Virus record (IMG/VR): IMGVR_UViG_3300028888_000068
Origin: an uncultured virus (IMG/VR IMGVR_UViG_3300028888_000068)
Lineage: Duplodnaviria > Heunggongvirae > Uroviricota > Caudoviricetes
DNA: 64,000 nt
Strand: one strand, 5' to 3'
The position numbers and the translations under genes are program-made. The notes beneath the pieces are model-generated. The model saw nothing but the letters and a program-made list of their open reading frames with translations, searched no databases and was not told where the DNA came from. Of the stretch, positions 10,468 through 19,466 are shown piece after piece. The number at the start of each line of letters is the position of its first letter. The stretch's first letter is position 1.

Positions 10468-11094
10468 CTAATATAAGATTTTGACGTATTTTCCTTTATT
10501 TGCTGGCATATCGATATTAGAGTTAATATACCTCCTTACTATATCGATATACTCAGGCGAATAGGTATCAAAAGCCCCGCAATGATATAAGTAGAAAACC
10601 TCTTCAAAACAGTCACTAAATTCAGAAGCATATTCTAGATAACCCGGTAAGGTTACATCATAGCTGGAATATAAAGTTCTTGGAGTTTCGAGACATCTTC
10701 CATATCTAAGAAGCTTACCATCACTTAAAAAATCATTCCAATCAATGAAATTATCATCATATATCTGAGAATCTCGAAATACGAATTTGCCGAACTCAAA
10801 CAGTCTATCGTGGTGAATAGCACATTGAAAGGCTTTGTATTTTTCCCAGGCCGTAAGAATAGGAATAGCTATTGATAAAGATTGGTTATCAAATTCTACA
10901 GTCTGAATCATGTCAGTCCAAGGTATTGAATGATATTCTAGATATTCAATCATCTTAAGACTGTTAAGGTAAGTGGACTCTTCTCTTACACTACCAGCCG
11001 GAAATGCTATCCATATTCTATCTTTATCTGAAATCCTATTGTAGGTGATCTTGAGGTACTTAGGAAAACTCATACAATTCTCTTCTTGGTCCAC
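10468..11094 (-). CDS. Hypothetical protein
   Basis: 208-aa ORF in the operon. Confidence 0.7.
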   Translation of the reverse strand: MDQEENCMSFPKYLKITYNRISDKDRIWIAFPAGSVREESTYLNSLKMIEYLEYHSIPWTDMIQTVEFDNQSLSIAIPILTAWEKYKAFQCAIHHDRLFEFGKFVFRDSQIYDDNFIDWNDFLSDGKLLRYGRCLETPRTLYSSYDVTLPGYLEYASEFSDCFEEVFYLYHCGAFDTYSPEYIDIVRRYINSNIDMPANKGKYVKILY

Positions 11095-11630
11095 TCTTCA
11101 TAAGCCTCATCACTAATATCTATCCAGCCGCGATCTGCAAGAACTACTATAAGATCTGGTAGAGTAAATGCAGTTATCTGTAGTATATACTGAGCAGACC
11201 CCAGTTCTACTGCCATCTGAAGTTCTTTTAGCGTTATAAGTGGATCATCTCGGAAATAAACAAGCTTATCCGTGTATTCCAGTTTAAAGGCACCACATAA
11301 AGGTTCAAATAGTAGACGTTTTTCTCCGCCTGAAACCAATGTTAGAATCCCTTCTTCTTTTTTATTCAGGCGTCTTATTATAGTTTGCCCAGAATCTTCA
11401 GTTATACACATTTTTATTCCAGGCTTAAGTAAATTTTCAAACCTCTTCTTTCCTTTTGGCCCTATTCTTAGTTTTTTCACAGATTGCCATGAGATAGAAA
11501 ACATATTTATATCTTCTTCTCCAAAATATCCGTAGACTGGATAATGTAATTTTTCAAAATCCTTTAGGTCAATTAGCATGTCTAATGGACTATCGTATAA
11601 GAACCCTAAGAATTCTTTACAATTTTCCAT
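11070..11630 (-). CDS. Hypothetical protein
   Basis: 186-aa ORF in the operon. Confidence 0.7.
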   Translation of the reverse strand: MENCKEFLGFLYDSPLDMLIDLKDFEKLHYPVYGYFGEEDINMFSISWQSVKKLRIGPKGKKRFENLLKPGIKMCITEDSGQTIIRRLNKKEEGILTLVSGGEKRLLFEPLCGAFKLEYTDKLVYFRDDPLITLKELQMAVELGSAQYILQITAFTLPDLIVVLADRGWIDISDEAYEEWTKKRIV

Positions 11631-12837
11631 AATGCTTTTCTCTTATCTCTAGTAGGATTTCTTCAAGTTTATCTATGGGTGGAAGGTCTGGGATAGTTGA
11701 CTCTGCGAAGGCCTTTTCCATCTCTTCCTTTTTCTTTTCACACAGGGCCATAATCTCATCATAGGTCATCTTATGGTTTTTAATATCCATAAGAAGGTCT
11801 GCATCAATTCCACGTCGGTCTAAGATTAATCCCTTTCCTTGTGCAATTTCTAGACCCTGAACCATAAGACGATAGCAGTGTGATAGATTCTTGCTATTAA
11901 AACCGTGCTCAGAGTCTATCACAAAACGGTCTTTATTCCTTTTATCTACCCATTCCCAATATTCTTTGTACTTCCGACAATGTTGTTCAAAGGCATCTTG
12001 GTTATATTGGAAGATACATAGTGGTCCTCGGGATTGATCGGCTTTTGGAATACTGGTGAGTCGAAGTTGTGTTCCTTCCTCTTCTTTCTTTGATATAATT
12101 CCGCGGTAGGTTATAGCTTCTCCTGCCGCTTTCTTCAGGTTTTCTAGCTCTCTCCTATACTTTCCAATACTCCATGAGCTTGCCTTAGGATATTGAAGTG
12201 CCATATAATCTTCAACCCTAGATTCCTTATCCTCTCCCCAGTTATAATAGAGATAATACATTCCCTTACCCGGCTGAATATGAGCTAGGCCGCAATGTTC
12301 CTGTTTTAATCCTCTTTCGTCAAGCCAGGTCCTAAGATTAATAGTACCTCCACCATCGAGACGTATCACATAACAGAAATCGATTGGTGTTTTTCTGACC
12401 TTTACTTCCTCAGGATTGATTGAAATTTTCTTATTCTTTCCACGTGCCTTCATAAGCTGGTCGTGTGCATAACCTGAGAATGATTTAAAACATGCCTTGC
12501 TAAGAACCTGATCTCTAATATCCCATAACGGCTGGAGGCATGGGTCGAAATGTAAGATTTTATCGGATGGTGTGAAGAGTGAGATTATAGCATCAGGATT
12601 AGACTCTTCAAGGAGATGTATATATTTCCCAATGTCATACCAAGTGTCATCATTCTTCTCACTTCTAACGTCCGGGACATAATCTTTTCCCGACCCAAGA
12701 AGCCAGCCGACAGGACAACACCAAATTCCGAATGTATCTATATCACTAGTCGGTCCGTTGAGTCCATATAAGTGACTTCCTCGGATAGATTCAAAAAGGA
12801 GGTCACCTGATTTTCGGATTGTATCAAAAGTTATCAT
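11617..12837 (-). CDS. Pol-beta superfamily nucleotidyltransferase (RlaP / T4 NrdC.11-like)
   Basis: GSHLYGLNGPTSDID (GS...DxD) motif; C-terminal KNLSHCYRL. Confidence 0.8.
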   Translation of the reverse strand: MITFDTIRKSGDLLFESIRGSHLYGLNGPTSDIDTFGIWCCPVGWLLGSGKDYVPDVRSEKNDDTWYDIGKYIHLLEESNPDAIISLFTPSDKILHFDPCLQPLWDIRDQVLSKACFKSFSGYAHDQLMKARGKNKKISINPEEVKVRKTPIDFCYVIRLDGGGTINLRTWLDERGLKQEHCGLAHIQPGKGMYYLYYNWGEDKESRVEDYMALQYPKASSWSIGKYRRELENLKKAAGEAITYRGIISKKEEEGTQLRLTSIPKADQSRGPLCIFQYNQDAFEQHCRKYKEYWEWVDKRNKDRFVIDSEHGFNSKNLSHCYRLMVQGLEIAQGKGLILDRRGIDADLLMDIKNHKMTYDEIMALCEKKKEEMEKAFAESTIPDLPPIDKLEEILLEIREKHYGKL

Positions 12838-12840
12838 TTT

Positions 12841-13152
12841 TTACCAATAATTAGTTTGTTCATCTCTATCATTCCCGTGAAGAGCCCACCATTTTCTATT
12901 TTTCTCTTCCCACTCTTTGTCTTTCTTTACTTGTTCTGGGGTTCTAAATATTACACCCCAGGAATAATCAATCCACACAAAAGGGCCACGACAGTTTGGA
13001 CAGGGGTACTGTTTTTTATTATTTAAGTACCAACATCCGTCACAGACCATACACCCCGATCCATCATCTTCTGGTCGGCAAACAATTAGCTTTGTTCCGT
13101 CAGACGCTATATGTTCCTGTCCAAGTTCCCAAGGATTATCGTTTTTTATCAT
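12841..13152 (-). CDS. Cys-rich hypothetical protein
   Basis: CxxCxxC and CPxC motifs. Confidence 0.65.
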   Translation of the reverse strand: MIKNDNPWELGQEHIASDGTKLIVCRPEDDGSGCMVCDGCWYLNNKKQYPCPNCRGPFVWIDYSWGVIFRTPEQVKKDKEWEEKNRKWWALHGNDRDEQTNYW

Positions 13153-13547
13153 ATCTTATACATATCTTTGGGTGCCTCAAGAGCAAGACCCATAGGAATC
13201 AATCCACAATAATCAAAGTGGTTCTTATTACACCAATCAGCGGCAAAATGCGGTATAACCTTTCCACGCATTGAATCATCGCCATTGGCTGCCTTTGTTA
13301 AGCATTCAGCATATAGTTTTTCATCTTTAACGTGTTCTTGTTTTAGTTCCTCTTTTTCTTCCTCTGTCATATTGGACATTGGACGGAGATAAGGAATAGG
13401 TAATCCACCCATCGCGTTACAGATACCAATTTCTAGATTGATTTCATATAGTTTTTCCGGGTTCCACCCTTCAAAATGTACCATTACACCATACGGCAAT
13501 CTAGCACAAAGGTCCTTAAGTAGAAGCTGTTTTTCTTCTTTAGTCAT
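13149..13547 (-). CDS. Conserved Bacteroidota-phage hypothetical protein
   Basis: LLKDLCARLPYG...PYLRPMS...GLIPMGLALEAP pattern, recalled from Bacteroidota phages. Confidence 0.7.
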   Translation of the reverse strand: MTKEEKQLLLKDLCARLPYGVMVHFEGWNPEKLYEINLEIGICNAMGGLPIPYLRPMSNMTEEEKEELKQEHVKDEKLYAECLTKAANGDDSMRGKVIPHFAADWCNKNHFDYCGLIPMGLALEAPKDMYKI

Positions 13548-13734
13548 GACTGTATGGTTTTATAGTGTAGTGTTCTCCGTCATAGTCATAAGGATATTTC
13601 TTCATCTCTTCACACTTTTTATGCAGTGCTGCTTTAGCTGATTTATGTGATGGGTACAAAGAAATAAATTCATTATTGCAATATAAAGCCCACTGTTTTG
13701 GTTTATATAGCAATCGTTTCTCTTCTTGTGTCAT
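13540..13734 (-). CDS. Small hypothetical protein, similar to 48888..49055
   Basis: WALY-NN-FI--Y-S pattern shared with 48888..49055. Confidence 0.6.
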   Translation of the reverse strand: MTQEEKRLLYKPKQWALYCNNEFISLYPSHKSAKAALHKKCEEMKKYPYDYDGEHYTIKPYSHD

Positions 13735-13870
13735 AGATGATCCGTATTCTCTTTAAAAAATTCTTCCAAGAATTTAAAATATTCAGGAAGTGTTAAAACT
13801 TTAATATCCTCTTTTTTCATATCAAATATAAGGAATTGCTCTCACCCGGTCTTTAATGCCTTATATAGTG

Positions 13871-14043
13871 AGGAAGGACCATAGGATGTACTTAGAAGGT
13901 TGCCTATGGGAGGGCGAGCCTAGGAGAACATGATGACTTATCCACTTGCGGCCTGGGATGACGACCTAGACTAAGGATATGGTTTTCCTAGGCATAACCC
14001 TTACCCTTAAAATAAAATAGAGAGCTCTGTGTCTCTCTTTTTT
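13871..14043 (+). ncRNA. Candidate structured small RNA
   Basis: Promoter variant at 13859-13870; stems CCATAGG/CCTATGG and GCCTAGGA/TCCTAGGC; terminator 14019-14043; no convincing ORF. Confidence 0.45.
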
Positions 14044-14918
14044 TACATAAAGAACATAGATACATACAGCCGTGCTATAAAAATTGGTGTATCAACTATA
14101 TTCTCATGAAACAAATTTGCATATATTTTGTCAATATTATCCCAAAAGATGTCAAGAACTTCGTCTGTCTTACAGGAAGCTAGGCTTTTCTTATTCTTTA
14201 TACCAGCACAAATAATCACCAGCCTAAGATCATCGGAGGTATATGATGGAACTTTTATGGATTTGAGATAGTTTTCAATCCATTTCTCATCCACCTTATT
14301 CTCTCTGAGCTCCTTAAACCACCCAACTATACGTTCTTCTGGTCGTAAATCTTTGTCTGGGATAGTTTTGGTAAAAAAGTCTATATGATTTTGAATAAAC
14401 TCCTCTATTTCTTTTTTGTCGTCCTTTTTTGTATATCTATCCAAGACCGGTTTTTCTCTAAGTCTGTTAAAAGTGGGTATAAGTAGTCTTTCCATAACAT
14501 TCTGGAAAACCGAATAGTGGGTGTGATCTTTATTGACCTCTTCTAGTCCTTTAACCCAAGCTGCAGGCAATTCCTTAAGAATTTCTGGATTTTCAAAAGT
14601 TATTGCTCGCATTATAGAGAACAGTCTCTTAGCATATACAAAGGCAACTGCTAAGATAAGGTCTTGTGGGTTATTATTACTAGGAGCCTCAAAAGATAAT
14701 TCTACTGTATATTTATAGAGATCTCTTATTCTCTTAGTTATCTTAATTAGCTCTTTTGAGGAATATTTATTATAAACTTCAAGTACTGGTCGACCTGTTT
14801 CCCATCGATTTTCAAATATTTTCTTTGGGTCTATATAATTAATTATATCCTCTGACGAAAATGCAAATCGTTCGCGTTTAGATAAAAGTTTTCTAAAAGT
14901 AATTAAATCTATTAACAT
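14043..14918 (-). CDS. Hypothetical protein
   Basis: 291-aa ORF starting 1 nt after the promoter motif. Confidence 0.75.
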   Translation of the reverse strand: MLIDLITFRKLLSKRERFAFSSEDIINYIDPKKIFENRWETGRPVLEVYNKYSSKELIKITKRIRDLYKYTVELSFEAPSNNNPQDLILAVAFVYAKRLFSIMRAITFENPEILKELPAAWVKGLEEVNKDHTHYSVFQNVMERLLIPTFNRLREKPVLDRYTKKDDKKEIEEFIQNHIDFFTKTIPDKDLRPEERIVGWFKELRENKVDEKWIENYLKSIKVPSYTSDDLRLVIICAGIKNKKSLASCKTDEVLDIFWDNIDKIYANLFHENIVDTPIFIARLYVSMFFM

Positions 14919-14919
14919 A

Positions 14920-14949
14920 CATTAATAAGGAAGAAACGCCTTATTAATG
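14920..14949. promoter_or_regulatory. Back-to-back divergent phage promoter motifs
   Basis: CATTAATAAGG-N8-CCTTATTAATG, each followed within 1-2 nt by an ATG. Confidence 0.7.
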
Positions 14950-14951
14950 AA

Positions 14952-15368
14952 ATGGAATTTTTGATATTAGATAAAAGTATAAGTAGGAAATCTGGAGGTA
15001 GGTGGTTAGAGATAATAGGCATCTTTGAATCGCCATATTGTATTATTTCAGAAAAACGAAGACTTCATGACTTATCTCTTTCTCAGAGGTGGGTTAAAGA
15101 TTATCAATTTAGAAAGACAACTAGGCCACAGGCTGAACTGGAATTAGTGATAATCTTAAAAATAGACCATAACAAGAAGATTAATCCACTTGAAATAAAA
15201 AGAAGGCTTAGAAGAGGAGAGGGAGTTCCGTATTTTCATAATGATTCACCAAAGTGGTGTGGGGCGGTCTTATTAAATACAACTCGGTTAGAACTAAATG
15301 GCACGGATTTAGGGAAAGAGCTATTTCTTAGAAGACTGATAAGAGAAAAAGAACTAGGTTATTACTAG
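14952..15368 (+). CDS. Hypothetical protein
   Basis: Starts 2 nt after the promoter motif. Confidence 0.65.
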   Translation: MEFLILDKSISRKSGGRWLEIIGIFESPYCIISEKRRLHDLSLSQRWVKDYQFRKTTRPQAELELVIILKIDHNKKINPLEIKRRLRRGEGVPYFHNDSPKWCGAVLLNTTRLELNGTDLGKELFLRRLIREKELGYY

Positions 15369-15394
15369 TTCTTTTATTTTTCTTTAGGAGAAAC

Positions 15395-15421
15395 AAAAAA
15401 TGAACCCCCTTTCGGGGGTTC
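15395..15421 (-). terminator. Rho-independent terminator
   Basis: GAACCCCC-GAAA-GGGGGTTC followed by a U-tract on the minus strand. Confidence 0.75.
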
Positions 15422-15457
15422 GCTGCCGAGGAGGGCAGGCGCCGGTGTGGCGCTACG

Positions 15458-15664
15458 CTACTTGTTTTCCTTCTCGTCAGTCTTGCCGGCCTCAGGGGCC
15501 GGAGCCTCCGGCGCAGGGGCCGGGGCGGCAGGTTGTTCAGCACCTTCCTCCGGCTTAGCCGGGGCGGTGGTTTCGTTGTTGTTCTTCTTGGTGGCACGGT
15601 AGATACCGTAGCCAAGGCCAGCAGCGGCGAGGGCCGCGGCGGCGATGATCAGAATCTTTTTCAT
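15458..15664 (-). CDS. Small membrane-anchored protein with P/A/E-rich tail
   Basis: MKKILIIAAAALAAAGLGYGIYRA; markedly GC-rich coding sequence. Confidence 0.75.
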   Translation of the reverse strand: MKKILIIAAAALAAAGLGYGIYRATKKNNNETTAPAKPEEGAEQPAAPAPAPEAPAPEAGKTDEKENK

Positions 15665-15736
15665 TATTTTTGAGTATTGGTTTTGCTTCGAAAGAATTTT
15701 ATACCCTTTCTTGTGTCGAAATTTGGTATAATTAAT

Positions 15737-15807
15737 AATCTAAGACAGGAATCGAACCTACATCTCTAGATATACATCTAGCGCTCTAACCATTAAGCTA
15801 CTTATCT
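15737..15807 (-). pseudogene. Degenerate tRNA / tRNA-like RNA
   Basis: D-arm TAGCTTAATGGTTAGAGC and T-arm GGTTCGATTCC present, but the anticodon loop is 6 nt and the acceptor stem has 2 mismatches; promoter motif at 15811-15821. Confidence 0.65.
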
Positions 15808-15834
15808 TATCATATATAAGGCATTTAGGTCTTC

Positions 15835-16215
15835 TCAGACGGTGTAATTTTTAAAGTCAATTCCAAGGTCTGAAATGCCAAAAATAGCATTATCATGTCT
15901 GTCAAATACTGTAAATTCATCTTCTGAGATTCTAAAAAATTTAATATATTTGGTCCAGACTCCATTATTTCTAATTATGGGTGTTGTTGCCTGAAGATCT
16001 ATAATTCTTAGACATATATCTGTTATTACATCTATAACTTTATCCTCTTTAATTCGCAAATATTCATCTTGTGGATTGTTTGCCCAAGCTGAATTGGATA
16101 GAGTCACTTGTTTTGGAAATCTAGTATCAATACAAATATACGAAGCTTTTCGTACTTCTTGAACTTCAAGGTTTTCTATAGGTACTTCCCAGCTCATATT
16201 CATCGGGGTTATCAA
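15835..16215 (-). CDS. Hypothetical protein
   Basis: ORF in the operon. Confidence 0.6.
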   Translation of the reverse strand: MITPMNMSWEVPIENLEVQEVRKASYICIDTRFPKQVTLSNSAWANNPQDEYLRIKEDKVIDVITDICLRIIDLQATTPIIRNNGVWTKYIKFFRISEDEFTVFDRHDNAIFGISDLGIDFKNYTV

Positions 16216-16921
16216 TAATTAAAGTTCCTTCTATACCATCTAATTTAGGAAAAAATTCATTCCAAAGCCATTTTCTAACTAGTACATGAAGACGATTATA
16301 CCAATGGTCTAAATATATTGTATGAGTTTTAAAGCTCTTTGCCGCCCAAACTGCATAAAGGATTCTTAACATCTGAGTATATCCCCCTCCCATGACATCT
16401 CTAGGAAATATTTGACCTTTTATTACAGCACTACCATTATTTAAAACCTCAGAAACCTCTGAAAATACCAGAGGAATTACTGAATTAAATAATTTAATTG
16501 GACTTTCAGAGAAGTATCTAGGAAGACAAATACTTGTTAGGGTTAATGTATAACTAGTTACATTTCTGCAGAACTCTTTTATCTTTATTAAATTAAGAAG
16601 TTCATCTTTCTCTTCTTTCCCTATAATAGAGGAAGACGATAAATTTTCAAAAACAATATCCCCTTCTGGATTAACGGCCTTGCTATATGTTCCTTCATCA
16701 GTTTCTATAACTATTGTTGCTACTTCTTCATCATTAATAAAGTTAAAGCGTACATCGTCTACGAGAAGGTCTGGAATTAGCTCTCTAAAAATATAATCTA
16801 GACCATAAAAATCTGAGTCCGGCTGGGTGTAAATACACTTGTTTTCTGGAAACTTAAGGTTTGTATTTCCAGGAACTCCTTTATAGATTAAATTGTCAAA
16901 GTAAATCCTACGAAGTCCCAT
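16166..16921 (-). CDS. Hypothetical protein resembling a degenerate ABC/AAA_21 ATPase
   Basis: MGGGYTQML...IYLDHWYNRLH echoes the signature/Walker B/LHP region; no Walker A; start trimmed. Confidence 0.5.
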   Translation of the reverse strand: MGLRRIYFDNLIYKGVPGNTNLKFPENKCIYTQPDSDFYGLDYIFRELIPDLLVDDVRFNFINDEEVATIVIETDEGTYSKAVNPEGDIVFENLSSSSIIGKEEKDELLNLIKIKEFCRNVTSYTLTLTSICLPRYFSESPIKLFNSVIPLVFSEVSEVLNNGSAVIKGQIFPRDVMGGGYTQMLRILYAVWAAKSFKTHTIYLDHWYNRLHVLVRKWLWNEFFPKLDGIEGTLIIDNPDEYELGSTYRKP

Positions 16922-17285
16922 CTTCTGATCTTTTGAACTGTGAATTCCAATAAGAAACATACATATTGTACTTGTCCTCACTGATTCCTGCTCTCAAAAT
17001 AATTTCATACTCTCGTGCCTTAAGTACATTTAGACTAATTTGAGCAGCCATTAGGGGAATCTGAAGCTTTAACCAACAAGAAGCCGTCGGTTTTTTCTTA
17101 AATATATCTGGTTGGTATTCTAATATCATAAGATTATCCTCACCAGAATTATAGTTTAAAACTACGACATAATTAGACATTCTTCCACCAAAGAATGAAT
17201 GTGGAAAGTATATAGGATAGTTAGTTTTTATAACACAGATTTCTCTACTCATATTCATAATAGTAGTCTGCATAAGTTTTTTCAA
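16908..17285 (-). CDS. Hypothetical protein
   Basis: ORF in the operon. Confidence 0.6.
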   Translation of the reverse strand: MKKLMQTTIMNMSREICVIKTNYPIYFPHSFFGGRMSNYVVVLNYNSGEDNLMILEYQPDIFKKKPTASCWLKLQIPLMAAQISLNVLKAREYEIILRAGISEDKYNMYVSYWNSQFKRSEDGTS

Positions 17286-17814
17286 CTCGTCCCACTATTC
17301 TTTCAGCATTTATTTTATAGTACTCTTTTCCTATATATATTCCAACTTCATAAGTTTTGGCATTATAATAACTGTCACCTCTTATGCATATATCGCCTGC
17401 TGTTATGCAAGAATAATAGTTAGATTTCCATTTTATAATTAAACGAGTTTTCCCAGGAATATCTAAATCTGTATATCTTCCTATATGAATTGGCTTAACA
17501 GTTATCAATGTAGGCTTATCTTCATCTTCTGCATTAGCTACATGATATTCTTCAAATAATATAATCTTATATTCCCCTTTATATTTAGAAAACTTACCTG
17601 GATTTTGAATGTAGGCTTTATCTAGTGGACATAGCGCTAAGTTATGTCTAACAACAATATTCTTATCGTTTGGAATTACTGTTGGTTTTAGGTATAGTGG
17701 AGAACGAACAAATTCATCACATATTACCTTGTTTATTTTAATAGGTCCTGTTGGAATTATAAGTATAGCTAACCCAGCAATGACAAAAATCGCCACTAGT
17801 GTAAGTCCAATCAT
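17245..17814 (-). CDS. Hypothetical protein with N-terminal TM helix
   Basis: MIGLTLVAIFVIAGLAILII. Confidence 0.7.
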   Translation of the reverse strand: MIGLTLVAIFVIAGLAILIIPTGPIKINKVICDEFVRSPLYLKPTVIPNDKNIVVRHNLALCPLDKAYIQNPGKFSKYKGEYKIILFEEYHVANAEDEDKPTLITVKPIHIGRYTDLDIPGKTRLIIKWKSNYYSCITAGDICIRGDSYYNAKTYEVGIYIGKEYYKINAERIVGRVEKTYADYYYEYE

Positions 17815-17826
17815 AATATTACAAAA

Positions 17827-18225
17827 TTATAAAAATATTTCTTCCCAATTAACATCTTTAAATCCATTATTCATCCACGTAGGTACATTCTCTCGACTGA
17901 ATACTATAGTTCTTCTCACTCTTCCCGTTTCATAATTAAAATCGACAAGAGCATATAGTTTATCTACACCTGGATACGATAGTATATCTGGTTGTTTGAT
18001 GGATATTCGAATAACACCACAGCCGTAGACGTGTGAAACAATCTTTACTGGGGCACAACCCTTTTTTATAAGTTTTCCTTTTCGTATGCATTTCCCATAA
18101 AGTCCAAGGTCCTTTTCAGAGAACTCATATTCAGTTGCGTCTTCAAATATATCTCCCCAGTTGATTTCTGATAAAAATATTTCTAACTCTTCTTTATCTA
18201 ATTTTAAAAATTGATAAACTTTCAT
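17827..18225 (-). CDS. Hypothetical protein
   Basis: Starts 1 nt after the promoter motif at 18227-18237. Confidence 0.7.
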   Translation of the reverse strand: MKVYQFLKLDKEELEIFLSEINWGDIFEDATEYEFSEKDLGLYGKCIRKGKLIKKGCAPVKIVSHVYGCGVIRISIKQPDILSYPGVDKLYALVDFNYETGRVRRTIVFSRENVPTWMNNGFKDVNWEEIFL

Positions 18226-18252
18226 TCATATATAAGGAAAAAAGAAGAGGAC

Positions 18253-18768
18253 TCAGTCCTCTCTTAATATCTCAATTTTAAGTTGTTTCCATAGACCTAA
18301 GGTGTCAGGCCACGGCTTAAGGAAGTCCACCGTGTTTCTTATACCACAGAGGTCATGAACTTCCCACACGCCTGCTATCCTTTTATCTTCGTGGTGTACA
18401 AAGATCTTATCTCCATAATTCATATGTTGGAGAAGATCTTTACTAACCGCACACCATCTAAGCTTACCAGAAACTAGGTGCTCATGATTGATTTCCTTTC
18501 CGTCCGCCGTTACCCCAGGATTATCCCCACACTGTTCTTTGGTGGGATTGTAAACGGTTCCTCTTACGTAGAGGTACTTAGGTTCTACATTCTCCTCATT
18601 TTCGATTTCAGGAAGGAGAGCTTCTTGAACTGCCGATGTATCAGGCAGCTGGTCCTCTCTTACTTCGGACCCCTTTGCCACACCCCAACAGAGGAGCGGC
18701 ATCACGATAAATGGGATAAGGACGAGACATTCCTTCGCTCTTTCCCAACATTCTTTTAGATAACTCAT
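18253..18768 (-). CDS. Membrane-anchored 3D-domain (MltA/RlpA-like) putative cell-wall enzyme
   Basis: TVYN...TADG...CAVS-DL...V-D...VDF pattern after a TM helix; start trimmed. Confidence 0.7.
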   Translation of the reverse strand: MSYLKECWERAKECLVLIPFIVMPLLCWGVAKGSEVREDQLPDTSAVQEALLPEIENEENVEPKYLYVRGTVYNPTKEQCGDNPGVTADGKEINHEHLVSGKLRWCAVSKDLLQHMNYGDKIFVHHEDKRIAGVWEVHDLCGIRNTVDFLKPWPDTLGLWKQLKIEILRED

Positions 18769-18824
18769 TTCTATTATATTTATTGGTTTCATTAATAAGG
18801 GTCTTAGAAGAAATAAGGCGGAAT

Positions 18825-18900
18825 AAAAAAACAGGGGTATCTTCACGACAACCCTGCCAAAATCCAAAGATGGAACACTAAAACAACATCATATATAAGG
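18825..18900 (-). ncRNA. Mini transcription unit (promoter, ~33 nt, GTGA-loop hairpin, U-tract)
   Basis: Motif at 18890-18900; hairpin at 18832-18856. Confidence 0.5.
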
Positions 18901-18935
18901 CTTTAATCAATCTTTGGGCGGTATAAAAAGAGGGA

Positions 18936-19067
18936 TTACTTTCCCTCTTCTTTCTGCTGTTCCTCTCCTATCTCAGCAATTGACCGGATACCTTTCACGG
19001 TCACGGCAACTGTTGCAATCACCCCAAGGGTGTACATACAAAGGAGGGACCATAACTTTTTATTCAT
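18936..19067 (-). CDS. 43-aa membrane peptide (not in ORF track)
   Basis: MNKKLWSLLCMYTLGVIATVAVTVKGIRSIAEIGEEQQKEEGK; promoter motif at 19087-19097; terminator-like hairpin at the stop. Confidence 0.65.
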   Translation of the reverse strand: MNKKLWSLLCMYTLGVIATVAVTVKGIRSIAEIGEEQQKEEGK

Positions 19068-19466
19068 ACGCTTTTAAATTTTGGTTCATATGTAAGGCTT
19101 TAAAGATATACTAGACGGAAAAAATAAAGGGCATCATCACGACGTCCTTATATTTCGAACTTAAATCAGTCTATCACCTCTTCATATCTTTCTTCACGCA
19201 GAACTTTCTGCCTGACTGATTTTGTTCTTAGCTGTGGCTAATTCTAATACATATATAAGGCTTTGATAGATTATTAGACGGAATAAAAAAAAGAAAAACT
19301 TAGCAGAAATTTATGCTATAGTAAGTAGCTTGGATTGCATATGAATATTAGAAGTAATATACATAATAAGCCGCTAAGTCTTTCCTAGACTTCATATATT
19401 ATCTATTAAACACTATTCTTATTTAAATCTTCTTTCTTCATCATGTATAAGAATTTGAGGGCTTCA

